DNA from: Bacteroidales bacterium
GTDB taxonomy: Bacteria; Bacteroidota; Bacteroidia; Bacteroidales; WCHB1-69
NCBI GenBank assembly: GCA_038210985.1
Contig: JBBQWB010000003.1
Location: forward strand, 465-64,464
Length of the DNA stretch: 64,000 bases
Direction of reading: 5' to 3'
Made by a program: the position numbers and the translations under genes. The notes beneath the pieces are model-generated. The model saw nothing but the letters and a program-made list of their open reading frames with translations, did not search any database and had not been told where the DNA came from. Shown in pieces: positions 1-9,468 of this stretch; within the stretch, counting starts at the first letter, position 1, and each line of letters begins with the position of its first letter.

Positions 1-967
1 TTAAAATAGCATTTTTGTCTTTAATGTTTGATGCTTCTACTGCTTTCATAAAACCTTCCCAGTCTTCACCATTTGCTTTAGCAATTAATTCAGGGATAGT
101 AAGAGTAATATCTTTTTCTTTAACAACTAAAGTTTTAGCTTTTTCTTTTTTGTATTTTGCCATTTGTTCGTTAAACCATTTTAAACCAGTAGCACCACGA
201 CTTTCGGAAAGTTTAGAGTTACGTGATTCTTCACCTTCGGGAGAAGCCCATGAGTTTAAACTGAAATCTTTAACTACATATTCTTTTTTAACAAAATCAA
301 TAAAGGCAGTAAGTTGCTTTGCTGTATTTGTATCTTTATTCATCGATAATTTCCAATTTAAATCGGATTTATCAAGTTCGAAGTATATAGTAGCTTCGTT
401 AGAGATAATAACTTCTTTAACATAACCATGGTTTGCATAAATTAAATTAGTGCCATTGCCAGGTGCCGATTGAGAAACTAATTCAGGTTCTACAACAATG
501 CGTTCGCTAGTATAAATAACACCATCTGCAAATTTTACTTGAGTCATGGTAGCAGATTTCTTTTTTAACTGAGCTTTTGCATTTCCGTATAATACAGAAC
601 TATTGAAGTCTGGATTATAATCAAAAGTTTCAGAATAAGAGAAAGATCCACCATTTTTTTTGCTAATTACGGTACCATCACCTAAAGCTTTTTCTCCTTT
701 AAGTTTTATTGGTTTAAGCGTAATTTCACCTTTATCCGATTTAAGTACTGGAGTTATTTCTAAAGTAGCTTTTTTATGGAAATATTTTGGTGGAATTTTT
801 CCTTGAATGGATACTTGAATTTTTCCGCCATGTGTTTCAAGCACTTGTGGTTTTACTTCATACTTTACTTCAGGATATTTTTTAACCATCTTTTTTAGTC
901 CGCAGCCCGAAAAAACAAGAGCTGAAAGTATAAATAAGATAAATAGATTTTGGTGTATTCTCTTCAT
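1..967 (-). CDS. Conserved Bacteroidota outer-membrane lipoprotein (OmpA-like/TPR type), 3'-partial; absent from the ORF track
   Basis: Manual translation from ATG at 967: MKRIHQNLFILFILSALVFSG-C-GLKKMVKK (lipobox FSGC), later WASPEG..RNSKLSESR (OmpA_C-like motif). The frame stays open to the window edge. TATCTTTG box at 1020-1027. Confidence 0.75.
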   Translation of the reverse strand, partial: MKRIHQNLFILFILSALVFSGCGLKKMVKKYPEVKYEVKPQVLETHGGKIQVSIQGKIPPKYFHKKATLEITPVLKSDKGEITLKPIKLKGEKALGDGTVISKKNGGSFSYSETFDYNPDFNSSVLYGNAKAQLKKKSATMTQVKFADGVIYTSERIVVEPELVSQSAPGNGTNLIYANHGYVKEVIISNEATIYFELDKSDLNWKLSMNKDTNTAKQLTAFIDFVKKEYVVKDFSLNSWASPEGEESRNSKLSESRGATGLKWFNEQMAKYKKEKAKTLVVKEKDITLTIPELIAKANGEDWEGFMKAVEASNIKDKNAIL

Positions 968-1080
968 TTTTATTTTTTTTTAGTTTATAATCTTAAAAAT
1001 TTGTTTATATTTTTTTTTGCAAAGATATAATTTTTTTTTTAATCATGACAATATATGTTTTAACACTTATTTTTAAGTAT

Positions 1081-1521
1081 TTAATTTTCTTTATTTTCGC
1101 TATTGTCTGGAATGTTTAAGCCAGGTAAATTTATTTCATCTTGAATTACAAAAGCATTAGGGTAATCGAGCTGTATTTTGCTTAGGAATCCACGTGCTTC
1201 ATGACGAGTTCTAAAATCTCCAACTCTAACTCTAAAATTGGGTTCTTTAAAGGTCAAATAAGCGTCTATGGATGGGTATTTAGCTTTAAATTTTGATCTT
1301 ACCGATTCGGCAGTATTTCGAGAACTGTTGCCAGAGTCGAAGAATATTTGAACTCTAAACCCCATTATCGTTTTAACTTTTGCATTGGCTTGTATGTATT
1401 TTCGAGTTAAATCGTCGATGCCAACCCCTGTTGTTGTTTGAATGCTTTGCGAAAACACATGAATAGGAAAAAGTATTGCAAAAATCAACAATATATTTAG
1501 TTTGATAATTGTATTTTTCAT
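1081..1521 (-). CDS. SPOR domain-containing periplasmic protein
   Basis: Signal peptide, then GFRVQIF...A...F...YP...Y...PNFRVRVGDF..R.EA (SPOR). Start placed at MKNT (1521) rather than 1542 to avoid overlap with the upstream gene. Confidence 0.85.
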   Translation of the reverse strand: MKNTIIKLNILLIFAILFPIHVFSQSIQTTTGVGIDDLTRKYIQANAKVKTIMGFRVQIFFDSGNSSRNTAESVRSKFKAKYPSIDAYLTFKEPNFRVRVGDFRTRHEARGFLSKIQLDYPNAFVIQDEINLPGLNIPDNSENKEN

Positions 1522-1531
1522 TTTTAAAAAA

Positions 1532-2359
1532 TTATAGTCCATTAATGGATAGAACGGGAATATCGCATTGATTTAATAACTGTTGTGCTTCTTGACCTGG
1601 CATTGTTTGCGACTCTTTGCTTTTTTGATCAGTCATTATGGTTAATAAATCGATATTACTTTCATGAATAAATCGAAGAATATCAGCTGTAATATTCGAA
1701 GTAGTTATTACATCTTGGTACACTGTAATTCCTTCATTTTTCATTTTATTATAAGCAAAAGTAGTAGCATAATCGGCTTTGCGATTAATTGTTTTTAAAG
1801 GAGTTGAATAAAGCGTTAAAATTTGAACTTCAGCATCGAATTTTTTTGCAAATTCGATGATAGTATCAATTTTACTAAGAGTATCGCCAGTGTGATCTAC
1901 TGGAGCTAATATCTTTGAAATTCCTTTTTCCGAAAATTTATAATTTGGACGTATCGAAATTACAGGACATTCGGCAGTTGAAACAATTCGATAGGCATTG
2001 CTTCCAATCCAATAATCTTCGTAACCCGACCCTCCATGGGTGCCAAGTATAATAATATCGGTGTTTGATGTTTGTGCGTAACTTGCTATTTCTTTGTAAA
2101 CTTTTCCACTTCTGATTTTAGTGGAAATTTTAAGATCTGGAAAATTCTTTTTTACATCATTAATCTGTAAATCCAAATTAATTTTTGCATCTTTTTTAAT
2201 TTCATTAATTACAATGTCGCCTTTGATATCCATAGAAGAAGTGTTATCAACCCATATTGTAGTAATTTCGGCATTTAGTTTTTTACCTAAAATAGCAGCA
2301 TAATTTAATGCGTGAACGGATCCATAAGAAAAATCGGTAGGCGTTAAAATTTTTTTCAT
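1532..2359 (-). CDS. Universal stress protein (tandem Usp domains)
   Basis: KILTPTDFS..S..AL.YA, DIIILGTHG.SG, GSNA..IV..A.CPV; second domain KILAPVD...DLLTI...CDIPVL. Confidence 0.92.
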   Translation of the reverse strand: MKKILTPTDFSYGSVHALNYAAILGKKLNAEITTIWVDNTSSMDIKGDIVINEIKKDAKINLDLQINDVKKNFPDLKISTKIRSGKVYKEIASYAQTSNTDIIILGTHGGSGYEDYWIGSNAYRIVSTAECPVISIRPNYKFSEKGISKILAPVDHTGDTLSKIDTIIEFAKKFDAEVQILTLYSTPLKTINRKADYATTFAYNKMKNEGITVYQDVITTSNITADILRFIHESNIDLLTIMTDQKSKESQTMPGQEAQQLLNQCDIPVLSINGL

Positions 2360-2646
2360 AATTAATATCTTTTATAAAGTTTCGCTAAATTAGTAAAAAG
2401 GATTAACTTATCAAATTTATAGATAAAAAATTAGTAAAGGTGACTTCTAAAAATTGCTTTTTCATCGTTGCTTTTCAATTTTGAAATCCTCATCCCGATT
2501 AATATTTTGTATGTTTTTTACTGAAAATCATCATTGCTCCTGCCCTAAAGGGTGTGCTGATATTCAGAGAATTACATTTTTTATGACGGGATAAGAAGGT
2601 GATGTAAATTGAAAGAAAACCAACAAAATCTTGGACGGAATGATTT

Positions 2647-2711
2647 GAATTTCTTGCAAGTATAAAAGCTTGTCCGACCTTTGGTGGAAAGAATTTGGCG
2701 TTTTCTTGCAG
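2647..2711. mobile_element. Degenerate right-half remnant of the 163-bp MITE
   Basis: gaatttcttgcaagtataaaagcttgtccgacctttggtggaaagaatttggcgttttcttgcag aligns to the 3' ~65 bp of 20511-20673. Confidence 0.7.
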
Positions 2712-2761
2712 GTGCAAAATATCAATTGTAATGCGAGATTAAAGTATTCAAAAAAAAAGTG

Positions 2762-2769
2762 TACGTTTG
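2762..2769 (+). promoter_or_regulatory. Bacteroidota sigma-70 -7 box for ruvB
   Basis: TACGTTTG matches TAnnTTTG, 13 nt before the ATG. Confidence 0.65.
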
Positions 2770-2782
2770 TATAAATTATTAA

Positions 2783-3826
2783 TTGAATATGGAGCATACT
2801 TTAGATGCTGGTGGCTCAAAGCTGTCAGCAAGCGATAGAGAATACGAAAAAGCGATACGACCAGCAGATTTTAAAGATTTTCAAGGACAAGACAATATCG
2901 TTGAAAACTTGAAAATTTTTGTAAAAGCTGCTAAATTACGTGGCGAAGCTTTGGATCATGTGCTTTTGCATGGACCTCCTGGTTTAGGAAAAACCACACT
3001 TTCGCATATTATTTCAACCGAAATGGGCGTAAATTTGAGAGTTACATCTGGTCCAGTTATTGACAAACCCGGCGATTTGGCTGGTTTACTCACAAATTTA
3101 GAGCCCAATGATGTGCTGTTTATTGACGAAATTCATCGATTGTCTCCAGTGGTGGAAGAATATTTGTACTCGGCAATGGAAGATTACAAAATAGATATCA
3201 TGATTGAAACTGGTCCAAATGCTCGTTCGGTTCAAATTTCTCTTAACCCATTTACCTTGGTTGGAGCTACTACTCGCTCTGGACTTCTTACCGCACCTCT
3301 ACGTTCGAGGTTTGGAATAAATGCTCGCTTAAATTACTACGATGCCGAAACTTTAAAGAAAATTATTGTGCGTGCAGCATCTATTTTAAATATTTACATT
3401 TCGGATACTGCGGCATGGGAAATTGCACGAAGAAGTCGTGGAACTCCTCGTATAGCAAATTTATTGCTTCGTAGAGTTCGAGATTTTGCACAAATAATTG
3501 GCGATGGAAATATTGATATTGAAATTGCAAAATATGCACTTGATGCCTTAAATGTGGATAAAAATGGTTTAGATGAAATGGATATCCGGATTTTAAATAC
3601 GATAATTGATAAATTTAAAGGTGGACCTGTTGGCTTAACTACTATTGCTACTGCTGTAGGAGAAGATTCGGGAACTATTGAAGAGGTGTATGAGCCATTT
3701 TTAATTCAGGAAGGATATTTAATGAGAACTCCACGTGGTAGAGAAGCGACTGCTATGGCTTATAAACATCTTGGAAAAATAAAATTAGGTGGAGATCAAA
3801 AGTCGCTTTTCGACAACGATATTTAA
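2783..3826 (+). CDS. ruvB: Holliday junction branch migration helicase RuvB
   Basis: [49 protein letters not shown]...RTPRGR. Confidence 0.98.
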   Translation: MNMEHTLDAGGSKLSASDREYEKAIRPADFKDFQGQDNIVENLKIFVKAAKLRGEALDHVLLHGPPGLGKTTLSHIISTEMGVNLRVTSGPVIDKPGDLAGLLTNLEPNDVLFIDEIHRLSPVVEEYLYSAMEDYKIDIMIETGPNARSVQISLNPFTLVGATTRSGLLTAPLRSRFGINARLNYYDAETLKKIIVRAASILNIYISDTAAWEIARRSRGTPRIANLLLRRVRDFAQIIGDGNIDIEIAKYALDALNVDKNGLDEMDIRILNTIIDKFKGGPVGLTTIATAVGEDSGTIEEVYEPFLIQEGYLMRTPRGREATAMAYKHLGKIKLGGDQKSLFDNDI

Positions 3827-3834
3827 TAGCTATT

Positions 3835-5565
3835 ATGAACGAGTTGGAACAAAATGAGTCGATTTTAAAAATAGAAAATCTTAGTATTGGATTTGATTTT
3901 AAAAATCGAAATAAATTAGCCGTAAAAAATATTTCGTTCGAGATTAAAAAAAATCAAATACTTGGTGTTGTGGGCGAATCGGGTTCTGGTAAATCGGTTA
4001 CTAGTTTGTCGATAATGCGACTTTTGCATGAGCCACCAGCTCATTTTCCTTCGGGAAAAATTTTGCTTCAAACTAAAAACGGCTTAATTGACGTGCTGAA
4101 ACAATCACAAAAAGAGATGATTTCGATTCGTGGCAAAGTTGTTTCCATGATTTTTCAAGAACCTATGAGTTCGCTCAATCCAACGATGAAATGTGGCGAA
4201 CAAATTATGGAAGCAATTAAGGCTCATCAAAACATTTCGACCAATAAAGCTAAAAAAAGAGCAATGGAACTTATAAAAGAAGTTATGTTGCCACGACCCG
4301 AAAAAATATTTGATTCATATCCACACGAAATTTCTGGTGGACAAAAACAAAGGGTAATGATTGCGATGGCTTTGTCTTCAAATCCTGAAATTTTAATAGC
4401 CGATGAGCCAACTACAGCTTTAGATGTTACGGTACAAAAAACGATTCTCGAGATTCTTTTGTCACTCAAACAAAAATATGGGATGAGCATTTTGTTTATA
4501 ACGCACGATTTGGGTGTTATTTCTGAAATTGCCGACGAAGTGGTGGTAATGTACAGAGGCGAAATTGTTGAAAAGGGGAATGCGAAAGATGTTTTTAACA
4601 ATCCTCAGCATCCATACACTCAGGGGCTTTTGTATTGTCGTCCGAATATTAAAAAACGACCTCATCGTTTGCCAACTATTTCTGAGTTTTTAGATAATAA
4701 ATCCGAAGAAATTTCTATTAGGAGCAAAGAATTAAACAAGGATAAAAGAGAAGAGCAGCATCGATTAATTTATTCTCAAGAGCCTGTTTTAGTTGTAAAC
4801 CAGATAGAAAAAAGATATGTGGTAGAGCGAAACTTTTGGGGAAAACCAACGATTGAACTTAGTGCGGTTAATAAATTGTCTTTCGAGATTTATAAAGGCG
4901 AAACGATGGGATTGGTTGGAGAGTCGGGATGTGGAAAAACAACGCTTGGTAGAACCATAATGCGTTTATTAGAACCTACATCTGGCTCTGTAATATATAA
5001 AGGTAAAAATGTTACAAAACTGACAAAATCCGAGTTAAAGGCATTTCGTCAAAGCATGCAAATCATTTTTCAAGATCCATATTCCTCTCTTAACCCACGT
5101 ATTTCGGTTGGTGAAGCCATTATGGAACCAATGATGGTGCATAAAATATTTTCAACGCATAAAGAATGTAAGGAATATGCTCATTTTTTAATGGAAAAAG
5201 TGGCTTTATCTCTCGATTCGTTTAACAGATATCCACACGAATTTTCGGGAGGTCAGCGTCAGCGTATTTGTATTGCTCGAAGTTTATCGGTAAAACCCGA
5301 ACTAATTATTTGCGACGAATGTGTTTCGGCTTTAGACGTTTCTGTTCAGGCACAAGTGCTAAATTTGCTGAACGATTTAAAAGATGAATTTGGACTAACC
5401 TATATTTTTATTTCGCACGATTTATCGGTAGTTAAATATATGTCCGACCGAATGATTGTAATGAAAGATGGAAATATGGTTGAATTTGGTGATTCGGATG
5501 AAATTTATGCAAATCCTAAAACAGAATATAGTCGAAACTTAATTTCTTCAATTCCTGGATTGTGA
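3835..5565 (+). CDS. Fused tandem-domain ABC transporter ATP-binding protein (peptide/nickel type, YejF/GsiA-like)
   Basis: Two NBDs: GESGSGKS/ISGGQKQR/DEPTTALD and GESGCGKT/FSGGQRQR/DECVSALD. No permease gene in the window. Confidence 0.93.
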   Translation: MNELEQNESILKIENLSIGFDFKNRNKLAVKNISFEIKKNQILGVVGESGSGKSVTSLSIMRLLHEPPAHFPSGKILLQTKNGLIDVLKQSQKEMISIRGKVVSMIFQEPMSSLNPTMKCGEQIMEAIKAHQNISTNKAKKRAMELIKEVMLPRPEKIFDSYPHEISGGQKQRVMIAMALSSNPEILIADEPTTALDVTVQKTILEILLSLKQKYGMSILFITHDLGVISEIADEVVVMYRGEIVEKGNAKDVFNNPQHPYTQGLLYCRPNIKKRPHRLPTISEFLDNKSEEISIRSKELNKDKREEQHRLIYSQEPVLVVNQIEKRYVVERNFWGKPTIELSAVNKLSFEIYKGETMGLVGESGCGKTTLGRTIMRLLEPTSGSVIYKGKNVTKLTKSELKAFRQSMQIIFQDPYSSLNPRISVGEAIMEPMMVHKIFSTHKECKEYAHFLMEKVALSLDSFNRYPHEFSGGQRQRICIARSLSVKPELIICDECVSALDVSVQAQVLNLLNDLKDEFGLTYIFISHDLSVVKYMSDRMIVMKDGNMVEFGDSDEIYANPKTEYSRNLISSIPGL

Positions 5566-5755
5566 TTTTTATTGATTTTTTTTGTGTAGGTCATAAATAT
5601 CAATCACTTTTTCTCGATAAGCATTTTAGAATATATTAAACCTGATATTTTTCTACGCTAATTGATTATCATTCAGAGATTTCATGCGATATTTTGGAAA
5701 TAAAGAGGTAATGACAGTGATAGAAGTTTTAGACTTTTGTATCTATTTATAAAAA

Positions 5756-5786
5756 GAGCTTGTTCGGATTTGCAATCCGAGCAAAC
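5756..5786. repeat. REP-like palindrome family B (TTCGGATTTG[C/T]AATCCG)
   Basis: gagcttgttcggatttgcaatccgagcaaac; near-identical copies at 22452-22482 and (inverted core) 22509-22533. Confidence 0.75.
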
Positions 5787-5845
5787 AGAGGTCTGTTAAT
5801 CCACTACGTGGAATTTTTTAAATACAAATGAATTTTTTATTAAAA

Positions 5846-5890
5846 TTAATGTCCTACGGACAAATATGTTATAGTCCGTTAGGACATTAA
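5846..5890. repeat. Isolated inverted repeat (gtcctacggac type)
   Basis: ttaatgtcctacggac ... gtccgttaggacattaa, arms complementary apart from one indel; lies between convergent genes. Confidence 0.55.
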
Positions 5891-6077
5891 CATCGAAGCA
5901 AGTATGTAATCAGCTTTAAATGTGATAGTTGCTGAATTTTGTCATTGGTAGCGAAGCGAAGAATTTTTTTTTTATCGGACAATAGTAAATATCAATAGAA
6001 AATATTTTAAAAATGATTTTAATTTCCCAAATGGGAATAAACATTAACAACAATTTTTATGAATCCACATAGTCTTT

Positions 6078-6668
6078 CTATTTCACACCAACTAAACGTA
6101 CTACGTGTGCATCCCCTTTGTGATACAATCCTTCGGATAAATTGGTGATTGTAGTTTCTAAATTGATGAATTGCAGATCTTTAAAATCATCTTTTATCAT
6201 TTGGAGCGTGTACAAAAGTTCGAGCGTTTTTGGTCCACCAGATGTATATTGTAGCTGTTCGGTTGAAAAAGCTTCCAGTATAAATTTTCCTCCAACTTTT
6301 AATGAATTTATTAGTTTGTGATGAATTTTTTTTCGAATTGCATTTGGAAGATGTACATAAATCATTGCTATTGCATCGTATTTTTCTGTTGGAAAGTCAA
6401 AATCTTTTAAATCCGAAACGGTGTAATGAATTTGTACATTCATTTGTTCCGCAATCTTGAGAGCTTTTTTTTGACCTTCGATGCTCGAGTCTATTGCATA
6501 AACTTTCCAATTTTCCTTGGCAGCGTGAACCGCATTACGACCTTCGCCTTCGGCTGGTAATAAAATAATTCCAGGAGGAATTTTTTGCAATTCTTTCTGG
6601 AAAAATTTATTGGCTTGTGTGCCATAAACATATTCTTGACTACTATAACGTTCGTCCCAAATAGTCAT
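6078..6668 (-). CDS. Class I SAM-dependent methyltransferase (TehB-like)
   Basis: WDERY...EYVYG, ILLPAEGEGRNAV (motif I variant), YAIDSS, LKVGGKFILEAF. The ATG overlaps the trx stop (TAATG). Confidence 0.88.
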   Translation of the reverse strand: MTIWDERYSSQEYVYGTQANKFFQKELQKIPPGIILLPAEGEGRNAVHAAKENWKVYAIDSSIEGQKKALKIAEQMNVQIHYTVSDLKDFDFPTEKYDAIAMIYVHLPNAIRKKIHHKLINSLKVGGKFILEAFSTEQLQYTSGGPKTLELLYTLQMIKDDFKDLQFINLETTITNLSEGLYHKGDAHVVRLVGVK

Positions 6669-7024
6669 TAGTCAATTTTAAAAATATCCTTAAAGGCTTC
6701 TTTTAAAGTTTCTTTTGGAAGTGCACCTGCTGCCATTGTTGGAACTCCTTCAACTGGAACAAATAATAACGAAGGAATACTTTGAATTCCAAAAACGGAT
6801 GCAAGTTCTTGTTGGTCTTCTGTGTCCACCTTATAGATGTCGATTTTACCTTTATATTCTTGAGCAAGTTCTTCAATAATTGGCGACAACATTTTACATG
6901 GTCCACACCAATCGGCATAAAAATCAATTAATACTGGTTTTGTGCCTTCAAATTTCCATTCTTTATTTACTTCGTAGTTAAAAACTTTCTCTTTGAATGT
7001 TTCTTTTGTTAAAAATTCTGCCAT
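6668..7024 (-). CDS. trxA: Thioredoxin
   Basis: DFYADWCGPCKM, IQSIPSLLF; no signal peptide. Confidence 0.93.
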   Translation of the reverse strand: MAEFLTKETFKEKVFNYEVNKEWKFEGTKPVLIDFYADWCGPCKMLSPIIEELAQEYKGKIDIYKVDTEDQQELASVFGIQSIPSLLFVPVEGVPTMAAGALPKETLKEAFKDIFKID

Positions 7025-7029
7025 TTTTT

Positions 7030-7506
7030 TTATTTTTTATCAGTTAATAAATTATCAATAATTTCGATATATTTTTCTTTTTGCAATGCTCCAATAGTTA
7101 ATTGGGGTTCGCCTTTGACAGGAAAAAATGCAACTACTGGAATATTTGTTATCCCATGAATATTTGCCAATTCTTTTTCAAAGTCCACATTTACTTTATA
7201 AAAATCTACTTTGCCTTTATACTTTATCGACAATTCGTCCATTATTGGAGCTACTCTTCTGCATGGTCCACACCAGTCGGCATAAAAATCTATAACCGAG
7301 GGCTTGTTGCCTTTGTAGATGTAGTTATTAGGATTTTTGTCATAGTCGTAAATTTGCTTGAGGTACATGGTTTTATTCATCATCAGTACATCTGATTGTT
7401 TGTTGTTAGATGATTGAAAAGCCTTTGTAATGGATGGTGCTGCGTAAATTACTCCAATTGTTACTACCAGTAAAACGGATAAAATTAATTTTGTTTTTCT
7501 TGCCAT
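7030..7506 (-). CDS. Thioredoxin-family protein with N-terminal signal/membrane anchor
   Basis: Hydrophobic N-terminus (LILSVLLVVTIGVIYA), DFYADWCGPCRR, ITNIPVV. Confidence 0.88.
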   Translation of the reverse strand: MARKTKLILSVLLVVTIGVIYAAPSITKAFQSSNNKQSDVLMMNKTMYLKQIYDYDKNPNNYIYKGNKPSVIDFYADWCGPCRRVAPIMDELSIKYKGKVDFYKVNVDFEKELANIHGITNIPVVAFFPVKGEPQLTIGALQKEKYIEIIDNLLTDKK

Positions 7507-7630
7507 AATATTTGAAAATTAATAAATGTATCGGTTTAATAACACTAATAAATAAAGTTTGTTCAAAATAATAAACGAAAATAACAAAAAAATATTTTCG
7601 AGGGAAGAAAGTTTGAATTTAACCAATGGG

Positions 7631-7810
7631 ATTGAGCTTGTCATGGTGATTGAGCTTGTCGAAATCATATTACTAACTTCATTAATATTACTTGGAGGTT
7701 TCGACAGGCTCTACCTCCAATCACTTGTCGAAATCTTAACTGGTTATTGATTTACCATTAAGAATTGTTTATTAATAGTATTCGGAAGTTTCGACAGGCT
7801 CAACTTCCAA
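7631..7810. repeat. REP-like family A cluster (core TTTCGAC[A/G][G/A]GCTCAA)
   Basis: ggtgattgagcttgtcgaaatca (7645-7667), ttggaggtttcgacaggctctacctccaa (7692-7720), ggaagtttcgacaggctcaacttcc (7784-7808). Confidence 0.8.
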
Positions 7811-7811
7811 T

Positions 7812-7848
7812 AAAAAAAAGAGCTGAAATTATTTCAGCTCTTTTTTTT
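7812..7848. terminator. Bidirectional intrinsic terminator
   Basis: A8-GAGCTGAAA-TTA-TTTCAGCTC-T8, 19 nt past the stop of 7867..9123. Confidence 0.88.
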
Positions 7849-7866
7849 ATTATGAATCAGAATAAT

Positions 7867-9123
7867 TTATTTTACAACAAATTTGTTGGTATAAACTTTT
7901 CCGTTTTGAGAAACTTTTAACATGTACATGCCCGCTGATAAATCGCTGATGTTAATAGTGTTTTTTAATTGGTTAACGCTAACTTCTTTTACACTTTGTC
8001 CAACTAAGTTTACGATAGAAACTGTTGCTGTACCAGTAGTAGCTAAATCAACATTAAGAATATTTTGAGCTGGATTTGGATAAGCATTAACTTGAAGTGT
8101 GTTGTTTTTACTTATACTTTGAACTTCAGAAACTTTAAATGCCATTAAGCTTGCTCCCCATGCTTCTGGATATAAACATTGGTTTAGTGTAGCAGCAGAA
8201 CTGCCAGTCCAAGTTTGGTAGCGAGTGAATGAGTGATTAAATTGGAATAAATTTTTTCCAAATGGATCAAAGAAAGCAGCACCAGAAGCTTCTTTTGCAG
8301 ACATATAATAAAATAAGAATGAATTCAATTTTTCCGATTGAATTGCATCTTGACCGTAAACCATAAGAGTATCACCTATTGTATAGCTTGTTCCAGGAAT
8401 AAAAGTAACGTTAACACCTAAAACTTGACCAGGATTAACGGTAATTGTTGAAGGAATAGCAATGTTTATATATTTTAAAAAGGCTAATGTAGAATCGTTT
8501 TCAGTTAAAGTGTATTTTATAGTTTGTTTGCCTAAATTATTCCAAGATGTTCCAACGCCGTATTGTTGTGTTCCAACACTAGTAACTTTTAGGACACTTA
8601 AAGAAGTATCTGGAACGCCAAGTTGAAGACCTAACAAAGCAGTAGTGCTTGTAATATCAACTGCACCTACTTCAATTAAAAGGGTGTCGTATTTTCCATT
8701 TCTTACTTCGTACCATGCACCAATAGCAAGACTGTCAACTTTGTAAGAAACAGTTGTGCCAACAGGGGCATCTGATAAGTTTTCGTCTAAACCAGATGAA
8801 CGAGCATCAAATGTATAGGCAATTGAGTGCATCCAAACATAGTTTTTACCAGTAGCACTAACAGTAGCTACGGTTGAATCAGGCCAAATTGGTTGTGAAT
8901 ATGCATCATAAAAATCGTCTGCACCAGAATTCAAATTTGTTGCGATATCTGATGGGAATATCCAACCAGCAAAAATGTCTTTTTGTTGTTTTAATTGGCT
9001 GTAAGGTAAAGATTTTAAATGACTTTGACCTACTTTTTCCATGCTGCCTTTTGTTATAGCTACTTGAGCACTAGCTGAAAAAACAAAAGCTGCAAGCATG
9101 CTTAAAATGATAATTTTTTTCAT
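7867..9123 (-). CDS. T9SS type A CTD cargo protein, unknown passenger domain
   Basis: Sec signal (AFVFSASA-Q); CTD AYPNPAQ..LNV...NLVGQ...INISDLSAGMYML....Y..KFVVK; TATATTTG box at 9177-9184. Confidence 0.9.
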   Translation of the reverse strand: MKKIIILSMLAAFVFSASAQVAITKGSMEKVGQSHLKSLPYSQLKQQKDIFAGWIFPSDIATNLNSGADDFYDAYSQPIWPDSTVATVSATGKNYVWMHSIAYTFDARSSGLDENLSDAPVGTTVSYKVDSLAIGAWYEVRNGKYDTLLIEVGAVDITSTTALLGLQLGVPDTSLSVLKVTSVGTQQYGVGTSWNNLGKQTIKYTLTENDSTLAFLKYINIAIPSTITVNPGQVLGVNVTFIPGTSYTIGDTLMVYGQDAIQSEKLNSFLFYYMSAKEASGAAFFDPFGKNLFQFNHSFTRYQTWTGSSAATLNQCLYPEAWGASLMAFKVSEVQSISKNNTLQVNAYPNPAQNILNVDLATTGTATVSIVNLVGQSVKEVSVNQLKNTINISDLSAGMYMLKVSQNGKVYTNKFVVK

Positions 9124-9468
9124 GTTTTTTTTTTTTGATTATTAATTTTAGATGGTTAATTTTAAAATATAAGTTGCAAATATAGTAATTACTAAAGTAT
9201 TCTCAAAATAAAAGTGAATAATTAATTGCAAAAATAGTTGTTTTTTATTGAATTGTACATTTTTTAGATGAAAAGCTGTTTTTTTAAGATAAAAAAGGGT
9301 TTAAATAAAAAATACATTAACAAGTAATTGCAAACACTAACTTAGTACTGTCAAATTAGATTAAAGTTTCAAAAGAATGATGTTTTAACATTTATAAATG
9401 TATAATACAATTTTGATAATAATTATTCTTAGTAAAAACGATATATTTGCAAAATCAAAAGAAATTAC

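Noticed and set aside
15-425. Plus-strand 136-aa ORF
   Set aside because: Antisense shadow of the partial lipoprotein gene on the minus strand (1..967).
2499-2797. ORFs 2499..2717 and 2564..2797
   Set aside because: They run through the MITE relic and the ruvB promoter, have TTG-type starts and no protein-like motifs.
5590-5745. Possible RelE/ParE toxin remnant on the minus strand (..LFPKYR...KNIRFNIF*NAYREKVIDIYDLH)
   Set aside because: Multiple stops and only a vague resemblance; not supportable without a profile search.
7559-7750. Small ORFs 7559..7750, 20203..20406, 22203..22385 and 22369..22608
   Set aside because: They are translations of REP-like palindromes (e.g. VIELVEI, RQAQPP, ERDSDG) with no independent coding evidence.
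9121-9136. Long poly-T/A tracts before start codons (also 968-981, 7024-7029) as phase-variation switches
   Set aside because: They lie in 5' leaders. A-rich leaders are normal for SD-less Bacteroidota translation, and there is no evidence of length variation.
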